DNA of 64,000 nucleotides from Mobula hypostoma (taxonomy: Eukaryota). Every line of letters starts with the position of its first letter. The first letter of the stretch is position 1. The translations under genes were made by a program, and so were the position numbers. The stretch is taken from assembly GCF_963921235.1 (NCBI RefSeq), contig NC_086108.1:106208001-106272000 (forward strand), written 5' to 3'. Of this stretch, positions 12,868 to 25,217 are shown one piece after another. The notes below the pieces were generated by a model. That model saw nothing but the letters and a program-made list of their open reading frames with translations. It made no database searches and was not told where the DNA came from.

Positions 12868-13523
12868 AATTTCACCAATAACTCGTCCTGGTCCAAGCAC
12901 ATATACACCACGGTCAAGAAAACTCAACAATACCTCGACATCCTCAGAAGACAAAGGAAATTCAGTATGCCCCCATTGACCCTCACCAACTTTTATAGTT
13001 ACACCATAGAATGAATTCTATCCAGGTGCATGTTGGGGCAGGGCAACTATTCTGCTCCAGTCTACAAGCTGCTGAAGAGAGATGTAGACACACCTCAGCA
13101 CATCATGAAATCCAACCTTCTTCTGTGGACTCCATTCACCCTTTCCATTACTCAGAGAAGCACTGAGCATCATCAAAGACCCCACTCAACTTGATCATTT
13201 TCCCTTCTCTCCCAGAGGACTTCCGGGTGTTCTGGTTTCCTCCCTCATTCCAAATTCATATGGTTAGGGATTGCGAACTGCAGGTATACTGTTCATGCCA
13301 GAATGTGGTATCACGGCAGACAAAGCTAATCTGAATCTTAAACATGTGCCACCATGTTTAAGAGCACCTTCTGTCCCAATCTTGTAAATCACTCTTTTAT
13401 GTTAAAGATGAACTGTTAATCTCCCAATATACCTCATTGTCTATCTGCCCTGAACTTTCTCAGTAACTGGAACAATTTATTCAGCATTTTGTCATTGATT
13501 TTCCCTTTCGCAACTTTTGACAG

Positions 13524-13925
13524 CTTGGTCCAGCTCCTGGACTTCACGTGTGGCTTAGCTACTAAGCCCTGCAGAACTACTTCTACTGATTGGAGAATGG
13601 GAATAAGCAGGTTACTGGCACCTTAAAACTAATTACTTTGGGCAGATGGGGCTTGTCTGCTGTGGTGGGCATCTCATCTAGGAGAAGGAAAACTCTGCTC
13701 AAACCTCCCGCTGCCTTGTGGTTCTGCCTCTCGCAGGGAAGGCTTCAGGAGTAAACCCTGAGGGAAAAATCCGGAACTGGGGTCCCTAAGGCAGTCCTAT
13801 GTTGGGTTTAACGTTGACTGGCAACTCCTGCGACACTGCTGGTGTCAAATTGTATTAGACTCTGCTGTTCCTTTGGGTTCATCAGACACGTGGAGAGGGG
13901 AAAGCTTGCTACATGGGCAACAGCT
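13524..13925 (+). mobile_element. Non-autonomous RTE derivative, 5' UTR portion
   Basis: GGCTTAGCTACTAAGCC, GGAGAAGGAAAACTCTG and GGAGTAAACCCTGAGGGAAAAATCCGG shared with 21905-22510. Confidence 0.85.
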
Positions 13926-13929
13926 GAAA

Positions 13930-14416
13930 ATGAAGTAAATCAATCAGTGTCAGGCCACTCTTTTGCAGAATCTTGCACAGTGCAGCCAATTCATCAAAGA
14001 CATCATTTAAAACCTGTAAAGCTACTTTGTATGTGACGTTTATCAATTTCTTGTGACAGTATTTAGCCACAGGGTCATTTGACTGATCTCTTTCAATAAA
14101 AACTTAGTAAGCTACAGGATTTGAAACAGATCTTTACGATATGAACACTGTCCGCCAAAGATGGCTGCCACCATGATGCAGCTGTACAAACCGGAACAGG
14201 AAAGGTGAGGTGACATGAAGTGCATTGTGGTATTTGAAAAACCGACTAACTAGTTAACAGAAACATTTAGCTAAAAGGTTATTTTCAATAAGTATAATTA
14301 TTGATTACTACATTATTTTAGGAAACTAACCTTTCGTGCGCACATTAATTTCCTTTGTGCGCTGGTTGAAAAACGTGTGTGCACACGCACATGTGCACAG
14401 CTTAGCGGGAACATAG
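13930..14416. mobile_element. Possible hAT-type non-autonomous DNA transposon end
   Basis: Ends GTGCACAGCTTAGCGGGAACAT, resembling a recalled CAGTGTTCCCTCTAAG-type TIR. Partner TIR not seen; left boundary uncertain. Confidence 0.35.
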
Positions 14417-14419
14417 TTT

Positions 14420-16345
14420 TGCACTCAATGTCAGCAAAACCAAGGAGATGATCATTGGAGGAAGAAACCAAAGGTCTATGAGCCCGTCCTCTTCAGGGAT
14501 CAGGTGTGGAGAGGGTCAGCAGTTTATAATTCCTCTGAGAATTTGTCCTGGGTCCAACACATAAGTGTCACTGTGAAGAAAGCACAGCAACACCTCTACT
14601 TTTTTATAAGCTCGCAAAGTTTCAATGTATCATCTAAAACTTTGACAAACATCCATAGATGTGTGGTGGAGAGTGTATTAACTGGCTGCATCTCAGCCTG
14701 GTATGAAAAAACCAATACCCTTGTATGGAAAAGCCTCAAAATGTAATGGATACAGCCAGAATCAGAATCAGGTTTATTATCATCGGCATATGACGTGAAA
14801 TTTGTTAACTTAGCAGCAGAAGTTCAACGCAATACATAATTTAGCAGAGAAAAAAAATAACAATAATAATCAATTACATATATTGAATAGATTTTGTTAA
14901 ATATGCAAAAATAGAAATACTGTATATTAAAAAAAAGTGAAGTAGTGTCCAAAGATTCAATGTCCATTTAGGAATCGGACGGCAGAGGGGAAGAAACTGT
15001 TCCTGAATCGCTGAGTGTGTGCCTTCAGGTTTCTGTATCTCCTACCTGATGGTACCAGTGAGAAAAGGGCATGCCCTGGGTGCTGATGGTCCTTAATAGT
15101 GGACGCTGCCTTTCTGAGACACCGCTCCCTAAAGATGTCCTGGGTACTTTGTAGACTAGTGCCCAAGATGGAGCTGACTAGATTTACATCCTTCTGCAGC
15201 TTCTTTCAGTCCTGTGCAGTAGTCCCTCCATACCAGACAGTGATGTATCCTGTCAGATTGCTCTCCATGGTGCAACTATAGAGGTTTTTGAGTGTATTTG
15301 TTGACATGCCAAATCGCTTCAAACTCCTAATGAAGTATGGCCACTGTCTTGCCTTCTTTATGACTACATCAATATCTTGGGACCATGTTAGACCTTTAGA
15401 GGTCTTGACACCCAGGAACTTGAAGCTGCTCACTTTCTCCACTTCTGATCCGTCTAAGAGGATTGGTATGTGTTCCTTTGTCTTACCCTTCCTGAAGTCC
15501 ACAATCAGCTCTTTCGTCTTACTGACCTTGAGTGCCAGTTTGTTGCTGCAGCACCACTCCACTAGTTGGCATATCTCACTCCTGTACATCCTCTCATCGT
15601 CACCTGAGATTCTACCAACAATGGTTGCATCATCAGCAAATTTATAGATGGTATTTGAGCTATGCCTAGCCACACAGTCATGTGTACACAGAGAGTAGAG
15701 CAGTGGGCTAAGCACACACCTCTGAGGTGCACCAATGTTGATCGTCAGCGAGGATGAGATGTTATCACCAATCCGCACAGATTATATTCTTCCAGTTAGG
15801 ACATCGAGGATCCATTTGTAGAGGGAGGTACAAAGGCCCATGGGTAAAGCCCTTCCTGCCAGTAAGCATATCTACCCGGAGTGTTGTCACAGGCGAGTAG
15901 TATTCATCATCAGGGACTCCCACCATCCACGCCTGCTCTCTTCTCACTGCTGCCATCAGGAGGAAGGTACAGAGGGACAAGAGCCTCAGGACTCACACCA
16001 CCTGGGTCAGAAACAGGTATTACCCCTCGTCATCAGGCTCTTGAACCAGTGGGGATAACTTCACTCAACTTCACTTGTCCCATCACTGAACTATAAGGAA
16101 TTACTTATCTTATGCTCTCGATTTTTATTACCTATTTTATTATTATTATTATTTCAATTTTCTCTTTTTTGTATTCGCATAGTTTATTGGTTTTTTTTGC
16201 ACAATGGTTGTAGTCTGCCTGTTGGGTGCAGTCATTCATTGGTTCTATTATGTTTTACTGTGATTGCCCACAAGAAAGTAAATTTCAGAGTTGTACATGG
16301 CCACATATATGTACTTTAATAATAAATTTACTTTGGACTTTGAAT
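14420..16345 (+). mobile_element. Rex1/Babar-type fragment interrupted by an opposite-strand copy
   Basis: KKAQQHLYF...RCVVESVLTGCISAWY (14504-14746) resumes at ~15838 (GGTAAAGCCCTTCC...LFSLLPSGGRYR) and ends AATAAATTTACTTTGGACTTTGAA. Confidence 0.8.
14758..15838 (-). mobile_element. Rex1/Babar-type LINE, RT to 3' end
   Basis: GAPQRCVLSPLLYSL, KFADDATIVG, KTKELIVDFRK, PSGRRYR...RFRNSFFP; (CTGATT)n tail. Confidence 0.9.
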
Positions 16346-16669
16346 GCTGAAGCCAGGCGAGGGGTAAGATGGGTGGTTGAGAGAGGGGGGGATAAAGTCA
16401 GAAGCAGAGAGTTGATAGGTGAAAAAGGTAAAGGGCTGAAGAAGAAGGCATCTGATAGGAGAGGAGAACTAACCAATAACTAAATTTAAATTCTGTGTGC
16501 CTGGCTCTGAAGTCTTGATCTTTGGTTGATTAAAAACGACTGCTTTGCTTTGAACCCTAGTGTTAATCTGGACATCTGAATGACTTGACCATCCCTCCCA
16601 GACTGTGGGAAATTAAGAGCTAACAACAATAAATACTGGCACTTGGATCAGATCCCTTACATTGGTTAA

Positions 16670-16830
16670 ATATTCCGAGCCATTTCACAGGAGTGTTGTC
16701 AGACAAACTGGACACTTCAGGAGATTATAAAGTAAACTAACCAAATGTTTTTGTGAAGAGGCTTTAGTTTTAAAGGGAGATGAAAGAGGGGAGAAGTGAG
16801 GGAGGGAATGTTCTTGAACCCTGTCAGCTA
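16670..16830 (-). mobile_element. Ancient L2-type 3' end relic
   Basis: TTCACAGGAGTGTTGTCAGACAAA...ACCAAATG...GAAGAGG...GGGAGGGAAT resembles the recalled reverse complement of elasmobranch L2 3' ends; heavily diverged. Confidence 0.4.
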
Positions 16831-16939
16831 AACGTAAACCACCCCAGAACGTGAAAGTTAATTTTAATTTCATCTGTCTTCATTGACCTGAATTTTTCTC
16901 TTCTGTTCTTATCTCATTCGGCTATAAGTGGGTGAGAGG

Positions 16940-17505
16940 GGTGTGTGTGTGTGTGTGTCTTAGTCTATGTGTAACCGTATCGATATCCACATAGTTTGTG
17001 TGTACGTCAGAGTGAAAGAGGGGAGATAGAGAGAGAGAAAGTGGGTGAGGGAAGAGAGAGATAGTTTGTGTTTGTCAGAGAGTACATCTGGGTCAGCCTG
17101 TGTTTCAGAGAGTGTGTTTGTGTCAATGTATGTGCCCATCAGAGAGTATGTGTGACAGAGAAAGTTTGTGTGTCACAGAGAGAAATTGTGGGAGAAATGT
17201 GAGAGATGTGTGTATCAGAGAGAGTGTATGTCAAAGAGTGTGTCAAAGGAAGAGAGTATGTGTCTGTGTGTGTGTGAGAGAGTGTGTGTAAGAGTATCAG
17301 GTGAGAGCCTGTGTGAATCAGAATCAGGTTTAATATCACCGGCAAACTGTATGTCGTGAAATTTGATATCTTTGTGGCAGCAGTACTTTGCAATACATAA
17401 ATATAGAGACAAAAACTATGAATTACAGAAAGTAATATATATTAAATAGTTAAACTAAATAACTAGTGTCAGAGAGAGTGAGTGAGTGTGTGTGTGTGTG
17501 TGTGG
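16940..17505. repeat. Degenerate (TG)n/(AG)n microsatellite region with an inserted LINE tail
   Basis: TG runs at 16941-16958 and 17487-17503, AG-rich tracts, and a GAATCAGAATCAGG tail fragment at ~17315-17465. Confidence 0.9.
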
Positions 17506-18204
17506 TAACAGCATGAAGATAAGTGGTGAGTTCTGGTGCTTTTTGTCATGAGTATGAACAAGTCTCAAGAGGTCAGCTGGTCTTTCTCTGATCAGTGTTC
17601 TTTTTATATTACTGATTTTTTTTTAAGGAGCTGGGATACACTGACATCATGTGACCTAATTTTAACTCCTGATTACACAAATGCCATGTGGATTGGACAG
17701 AAAAAGATGAGGAACAGAACCAGGAGGAAGTCCTTTGACCTCTTGAACCTACTCCACCATTTACTAAGAACCTGTGTGATCTTACCCCAGACCACTTCCT
17801 TACACTAAACCTCAGTCTCTTCATTCCTTTAATAGTTAAAAATTTATCAACCAGTCTTGACTACACTCCGTGACCATGGCTTCAGAGCACCCCGAGTAGA
17901 GAATTGGAAAGATTCATCACCTACTGAGTGAAGACATTTTATTCTCAGCTCAGACCAGACAGATTGATTCCTTATTTCGAGACTGAGTCCCCTGACTCAC
18001 TCTACCTCATCCAAGGGAAACAACAGCTCCTCAACCATCCTGTCAAGCCTCTACAGAAGTTTATATATTTCAGTGAGTTCACTTCTTACTTCTTTAAACA
18101 AAACAGAGTCCAGTCTCAATCTAAAGATTCATTCCGTGACCATCCTGCTATCAATCTGATCTCTTTGCAGTTCTTTTCTATGCTTGTGGAAGCAGCACTG
18201 TACT

Positions 18205-18480
18205 GTTGCAGTTAGCATAGTAATTTACAGTGCCAGTGATTGATGTTTAATTCCCTTTGATGTCTGTAAGGAGTTTGTACTTTTTCCCCATGACCGTGTG
18301 GGTTTCCTCCATGTGCTCTGGTTTCCTCCACAGTCCAAAGACGTGCAGGTTACGGTTAGTAAGTTGTAGGCATGGTCTGTACACGCCAGAAGCGTGGTGA
18401 CACTTGACCCAGTACATCTGGATCTGTGTAGGTCATTGGCGCAAACAACGGATTTCTCTGTCTGTTTCAATATTTCAATA
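18205..18480 (+). mobile_element. V-domain SINE
   Basis: GTAAGGAGTTTGTACTTTTTCCCCATGACCGTGTGGGTTTCCTCC...CAGTCCAAAGACGTGCAGGTT core. Confidence 0.75.
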
Positions 18481-18491
18481 TATATGTGTGG

Positions 18492-21400
18492 GTAGCCTCC
18501 GTCGGTCATGGTCAACCATGGGTACTGCGCCTCTGGTAGTCACCGGTTTGTCGAGCAGCGTCGACTGTGGCTACTGAGACCGATCCGGGAACGGCAGGCT
18601 CTGCCACAGTTGCTGCATGTGTAGGGCGTCGTGGAATTGTTTTCCGCTGTCCGCTGTGCTCTCCGTTTAGCTCTGCGCTCCTCAAACTGATTCAGGATCA
18701 CTCTTTCGCCCTGCTGTAGGTGTTGCTGAAGAGTACCTCGCCATTTGTTGTGGTCATCTGCTGTATCCTCCCAGCACTCTGTGTTGATTTTTAAGGTTTT
18801 CATGTCGTGCTTGCAGAGGCCTTTGAAGCGAAGCTGGGGTCTATCAACGTTCCTCTTGCCTGTTGCTGGTTCTCCATACAGAATGTCCTTTGGCAGTCTA
18901 CCATCCTTCGTACGAGAGCCATGGCCCAGCCAGCGCAGTCTGCGTTGTCTTAAAAGCGTGAACATTGTGGGAAGTCCAGCGCGGGAGAGGACCTCAGAGA
19001 TTGGGACTTTGTCTCTCCAGGTGATGCCAAGGCTGTGGCGAAGGCTGTGCAGGTGAAAACTATTGAGTTTCCTCTCCTGCTTGGAGTAGATGGTCCAAGT
19101 CTCGCTACCATACAGGAGGGTGCTGATAACGCATGGATTGTACACAGCAGTCTTGGTCTTTGAGGCGAGTTTCGGATTCTCCCAGACCCGCGAGTAGAGT
19201 TGAGCAAGGATCAATGCTGCTTTGCCGATGTACCTATTGATTTCAGCATTGAGGGAGAGAGTGTCGTTAATAGTCGACCCCAAGTATGTGAACTCATGGA
19301 CTACTTCTAGATCATAGTTGTCGATGGTAATGACTGGTGTCTCCACTACGTTCCCGGCAAGGACATTTGTTTTCTTTAGGCTGATGGTCAGCCCGAAGTC
19401 CTTGCATGCCTTAGAGAAGCAGTCCATGAGAGTTTGTAGTTGCTGTTTGGTGTACGAGGTTATAGCAGCATCATCGGCCAAGAGCATATCACATATTAGG
19501 ATCTTTTGCACCTTTATTCTTGCTCTCAGGCACACAGGGTTGAACAGCTGCCCATCAGACCTGGTGTCCATGTAGATGCCTTCTGTTGACGTCCCAAAGG
19601 TATGCTTCAATAACAGGGAGAAGAAGACGCCAAATAATGTTGGGTCCAACATGCATCCTTGTTTGACTCCGCTACGAATAGCGAAGGGTTCTGATGTGCT
19701 GCCATCATACTGAACAGTAGCCCTCATGTCGTCATGGAATGATTTGATGATATTTTGGAGTTTCGGGGGACAGCTGATTTTGAGGAGAATCTGAAAGAGC
19801 CCATCCCTGCTGACAAGGTCGATTGCCTTGGTCAAGTTGATGAAAGCGACGTAGAAGGGTTTCTGTTGTTCACTGCACTTCTCCTGGAGTTGATGGAATG
19901 AGAAAATCATGTCGACAGTTGACCTCATTGCACGAAAACCACATTGAGACTCAGGGTAGACCCATTCTGCCAGAGTTTGTAGATGTGCCAGAGTTACACG
20001 AGCAAAGACTTTGCCGACAGTACTCAGGAAGGAGATACCCCTGTAGTTGTTGCAGTTGCTCCTATCACCCTTGTTCTTGTACAAAGTGACGATTTTAGAG
20101 TCGCGCATATCCTGTGGTACAGCTCCTTCCTTCCAGCACTGATGGAGGACCTCATGTAAAGGTTGGAGGAGTGAGCTCTTGCAGTGTTTGATCAGGTCTG
20201 GAGGAGTCCCATCATTGCCAGTAGCTTTCCCTGATGCCAGACTGCTGAGGTCCTCAATGGTTGGTTTGGAGTAGAGTTCATCCATGACTGGTAGACAATC
20301 GATGGCATCAATTGCTGAGCTAACAACATTTTCCCTCGGGTAGAGCTCAGAGTAGTGTTCTACCCTGTGTTCCATCTGCTTGCTTTTATCGGTGATTATT
20401 TCACCGCTGGATGACTTCAGGGGTGCTCTCTTGCTCTGCAATGGGCCAAGGACCTTCTTGATACCATCATACAACGATCTGATGTTGCCTGTCACAGCTG
20501 CTGTCTGAATGTCCTCACTGAGCTGTAGACAGTACTCATTTGCTCACTGCCTTCCAGACTGTTGCACTTTGCTTCTAGCAGCTCGAAGTGCCTGGAGTGT
20601 TTGGCTGGATGGTGAGCACAGCATGCATGTCTTCGATGACAGGAGTCATGATGTCAGACTTTGCCTCAAACCAGTCACTGCCCTTTGTGGTCTTTCTTCC
20701 GAAGATAGAGAGTGCTGAATCGTGGATTGTGTCGTGAAGGTATGAGCATTGTTCTGTTGCAGTATCTCCTTGTGAGGAGGTAGTCATAGCACCCTGTACT
20801 GACTCGGCAAACCGGTCAACTTTTTCTGACTGTTTCATCTCTGTTGTGTTGATGCGAGGTTTTCCAGTTTGTTTGGCGCGGTGGATTTTCTTCAGACACA
20901 GTTTGATCTTGCAGCATACTAAAGCACTATCTGTATCGCAGTCTGCACTGTGGTATGAGCGGGTGATTGGTACAGAGTTGAGGAAAGAACGTCTGGCGAT
21001 GATCATGTCTAGTTGGTGCCAGTGTTTAGACCGTGGAAGCTGCCATGAGACCTGTTACTGCGATTTCGTCTGAAAGTAGGAGTTAGTTACACACAGGCCA
21101 TGATAGGAGCGGAACTCTAGGAGACATTGTCCATTGTCATTTATTTTGCCAATTCCAAAGTGGCTAAGACAAGATGGCCAGGAGTCATTATCTGCTCCCA
21201 CTCTGGCGTTGAAGTCACCAAGGAGAACGAGGTGCTCAGCACTGGAAATATTCCTGACAACAGCTTCTAATTTGTTGTAGAACATGTCTTTTGCCTCAGA
21301 GATGGAGTTCAAGGTAGGGGCATACACACTGACGAGAGATACTGGGCCATAACTGGTGTGTAGGTGGAGAGTCATAAGTTGTTCTGATCCATTTTGTGGT

Positions 21401-22510
21401 GGCTCCACCATTTGCAACAAGGAGCTCCTAATGGCAAAACCCACTCCATGCTCGTGGGGCTCAGCTTGGTTCTTTCCCTGCTAGAAAAACGTGTAGTCCC
21501 TTTCCTTTAGTGTACCTGAATCTGCCAAACATGTTTCTTGTAGGGTAGCTATATCTACCTTGAGCCTTCGTAGCTCATTGTTAATGACTGCTGTTTTTTG
21601 TACATCTTCAATATCCTTGAGGTTTTGGCCAAGTCCGGTCATCATTGTGTGGATATTCCAACATCCCAACTTGAGGGGTGTTGTCTTATTCGATTTGTTT
21701 TCTTTCTTGTCTGGTGCAGTAGTTACAGTCAGCTGTTCGTAGAATAATCCATTATCCCCATGCACCCAATGAGGAAGGCTGACTATGGCGGGACAGCACC
21801 TTATTGGCTGGGGCTGCCCAGCTTGAGGTGGACGGTAGCTGTCCAGTGAAACGCAATGGTCTCTCCCACCGTCGGAAGCAACCCCTGGCATCATGCTCTA
21901 CGCCAATCAAGCATTATGACTTACAACCGGTAACTGCTGCTTCCCGTGTTTCTCCGGTGCTATAAAGTGAAGCTGGAGTGTCCTCTCCAGGGCACAAGCC
22001 AGGGCAGAGTTGATATGGAGATCCATCTGTTGCCCATGCAGTGGGACCCCCTCTCTATGCTGATGACAGGTCCAAAGGAATGATGGAAGTCGGTACAGTT
22101 TGGTCAGCAGCATCACAGGAGTTGCTGTGCCGGTGCTGGGTACAACAGTCAGCCGCCTTCGGGACTCCGACTCCGGATTTTTCCTTGAGGTTTACTCCCA
22201 AAGCCTTTCCCATGAGCGGGTGTGGCTGCAAGGCAGCGGAGGTTTGAAATCGGAGTTTTCCCTCTCCCAGATGAGCTACCATCCATGGTTAACGAGCCCC
22301 ATCTGCCAAAAGCAACTTGTGTTAAGTTGCCTTTGCCCCTTCTCCTGCCAGTGAGAACAGCTCCGCCGGGCATAAGAACTATGCCACATGTGAAGGCCAG
22401 GAGTTGGACTTGGTTGTCAGAGGTTGTTTGAGATGCACACCATGAGGAGCATTTGTTTAGCAGTGGGAGCTCGTCCCCACTACCACCCTTTGGCTATGAA
22501 TACCTTTGCA
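18492..22510 (-). mobile_element. Near full-length RTE-clade non-LTR retrotransposon (APE, RT, C-terminal zinc finger), inactivated
   Basis: LGCWNIHTM..ATLQET, VYAPT, LLGDFNARVG, HSADCDTD (APE); ESQCGFR, GVKQGC, LLADD (RT); C-terminal CSNCGRACRSRIGLSSHSRRC; ~600 nt 5' UTR. Stops and frameshifts in the APE half. Confidence 0.95.
18540..20495 (-). pseudogene. RTE ORF, uninterrupted 651-codon RT plus zinc-finger portion
   Basis: Longest ORF in the window; N-terminal APE portion is broken into ORFs 20575-21006, 21055-21444 and 21481-21894. Confidence 0.9.
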
Positions 22511-22589
22511 ACCATATTTATAGTTCATGTATAAATATATATATATAACATGTATATTTCAATATAGGTATGACAAATACCCATCACTA

Positions 22590-22778
22590 CCTATAAGGAG
22601 CTTGTACATTCTCCCCGTGACCGCATGGGTTTCCTCCTGGTGCTCCGGTTTCCTCCCTCAGTCCAAAGACATGGTGGTTGGTAGGTTAATTGGTCATTGT
22701 AAATTGATTAGGCTAGGGTTACATTGGGAGATTGGTGGGTGGCTATTCCATGTTGTATCTCGATAAATAAATAAATAA
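22590..22778 (+). mobile_element. V-domain SINE fragment
   Basis: GGAGCTTGTACATTCTCCCCGTGACCGCATGGGTTTCCTCC core; (TAAA)n tail. Confidence 0.75.
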
Positions 22779-23652
22779 TCCAATCTGATGTTTAATCACC
22801 CTCTATTACATGTTCTTTTTGCCTCCTCCTTCTGCCCATTACCCACACACTCCTCACGATGTTCCCATCTACTCTCCCCATGCCTCAGTTTTCTCTCCTG
22901 TTGGATTCCATGATCTGTCAGCTTTGCCACCTCCACCAATCATCTTCCAGGCTCTGCCAGAACTCCCACTCTGCCTTCCTTTCATCCACCATCTGTCCCT
23001 CCTCACCTGAATCCATTTATCTACCACCAGCTTCTGCTCCACACCTTCCCCCAGCTCTTTCTACTGACGTCATACTTCATCTTCCAATGCAGATGAAGGG
23101 TTTCAACATGAAATGTCCACAAGACTATAAGAGGAGCAGAATTAAGCCTTTCAGCCCATTGAGTCTGCTCTGCCATTCCATCATGATTGATTTATTATCA
23201 CTTTAAAATCCATTCTCCTGCTTTATCCCCGTGACCTTTGACACCCTTATTAATCAAGAACCTATCAATCTCCACTTTCAATATATTCACTAACTTGGCC
23301 TCCACAGCTATCTGTGGCAATGAATTCCAGAGATTCACCAACTACTGACTAAACAAATTCTTCCTCATCTCTGCTCCAAGAGAGGGAAATCCTTCAAATC
23401 TGAATCTATGTCCTCCTGTCTTAGGAATCATACAGGAAACTGTAGGAAGCATCTACTCCACATCCACTTCATCTTGTCCGTTCAATATTCAATAGATTAC
23501 AATGAGATTCCCCCTTATTTTTCTAAATTCCAGTGAGTACAAGCCCAAAGCTGTCAAGCGCTACTCATACATTAACCCTTTCAATCCTGGGATCATTTTC
23601 ATGAACTCTGTCTAGACCCTTCCCAATGCCAGCACCTCCTTTCTTAGATAAG

Positions 23653-25217
23653 TGAGGAGGGAATAGGGATAACCCAGGAAATTACAGACCAGTGAGTCTT
23701 ACTTCAGTGGTGGGCAGGTTTTTGGAGAAGATCATGAGAGGCAGGATTTAAGAGCATTTGGAGAGACATAATAATATGATTATGGCTGGTGATGTAGTGA
23801 CATGAGCACTGGACTTCGAGGCAGATGACCCTGAGTTCAAACCCAGCCAGGTCCCAACCTGGGCAGCACAGTATCTGCACGGAAGAAAGGCCTGGCAATC
23901 TACTTCCATATCTTGCCACGAAAACCCTATGGACCCTATGAAACCTAGGAAGAATCAGATTCAACTTAACGACTGAACAACAATCTGATCAGGGATGTCA
24001 GCATGGTTTTGTCAAGGACAGATTCTGCATAGCAAGCCTGACTGAATTCTTTGAGGATGTAACAAAAACACATTGATGAAGGTAGAGCAGTGGATGTAGT
24101 GTATATGGATTTCAGTAAGGCATTTGATGAGGTACCCCATGCAAGGCTCATTCAGAAAGTAAGGAGTCATGGGATCCTAGGAGACCTGCTTTGTGGATTC
24201 AGAATTGGCTTGCCCACAGTAGGGAAGGGGTGATTGTAGATGGTTTGTATTCTACATGGAGGTCGGCGACCAATGGTGTTCCACAGGGACCTGTTCTGGG
24301 ACCCATCTGGATGAGGAAATAGACAGGTGGGTTAGTAAATTTGCTGATGACACAAAGGTTGAGGGTGTTGTGGATAGTGTGGAGGGTTGTCAGAGGTTAC
24401 AATGGGACATCGATAGGATGCAGTATTGGGCTGAGAAGTGGCAGATGGAGTTCAGCCCAGAGAAGTGTGAGGTGGTTTATTTTGTTAAGTCAAAATTGAA
24501 GATAGAATATAGTATTAATGGTAAAACTCTTGGCAGTGTGGAGGATCAGAGAACACTCAAAGCTGCTGCATAGGTTGACAGTGTTGTTAAGAAGGCATAT
24601 GGTGTATTGGCATTCATCAACCATGGGATTGAGTTCAAGAGCCATGAGGTAATGTTACAGCTGTATAAGACTTTGGTCAGACCCCACTTGGAGTATTTTG
24701 TTCAGTTCTGGTCACCTCACTATAGGAAGGATGTGGTACTATAGAGAGAGTGCAGAAGAGATTTGCAAGGATGTTGGGTGGATTGGAGACATGCCTGATG
24801 AGAATAGGTTGAGAGAACTTGGCCTTTTCTTCTTGGAGCTATGGAGGATGAGAGGTGATCTGATAAAGGAGTATAAGATGATGAGAGGCATTGATCATGT
24901 GGCTAGCCAAAGGCTTTTTCTCAGGGCTGAAGAGGTTAATATGAGGGACATAGTTTTAAGGTACTTGGAAGTAAATACAGAGGGTATGTCAGGGGTACGT
25001 TTTTCACACAGAGAATGGTGGGTATGTGGAATGCACTGCTGGCAATGTTGGTGGAGGTGGATATAATAGGGTCTTTAGAGACTCTTAGATAGGTACATGG
25101 AGCTTAGAAAAATAGGAGGCTATGGGTAGGGAAGGTTCTAGAGTAGGTTACGTGGTCAGCACAGCATTGTGGGCCGAAGGGTCTGTAACGTTCTGTAGAT
25201 TTCTATGATCTATGTTC
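23653..25217 (+). mobile_element. CR1 LINE, RT to 3' end, degraded
   Basis: NYRPVSLTSVVG, YMDFSKAFD, SKFADDTK, EKWQMEF, RMRGDLI. Confidence 0.9.
23783..23984 (+). mobile_element. tRNA-headed SINE with RTE/BovB-type tail
   Basis: A-box-like TGGTGATGTAGTG, B box GAGTTCAAACC, tail TCTTGCCACGAAAACCCTATGGAC...ACTTAACGACTGAACAACAA; interrupts a CR1. Confidence 0.75.

Noticed and set aside
14155..14215. AAGATGGCTGCC (YY1-like) plus GCCACCATG and AG|GTGAGG suggesting a first exon
   Set aside because: Not in a CpG island and lies within a probable DNA-transposon relic; no supporting promoter context.
17100..17412. Cys-rich and His/Thr-rich ORFs
   Set aside because: Translation artefacts of TG/AG microsatellite sequence.
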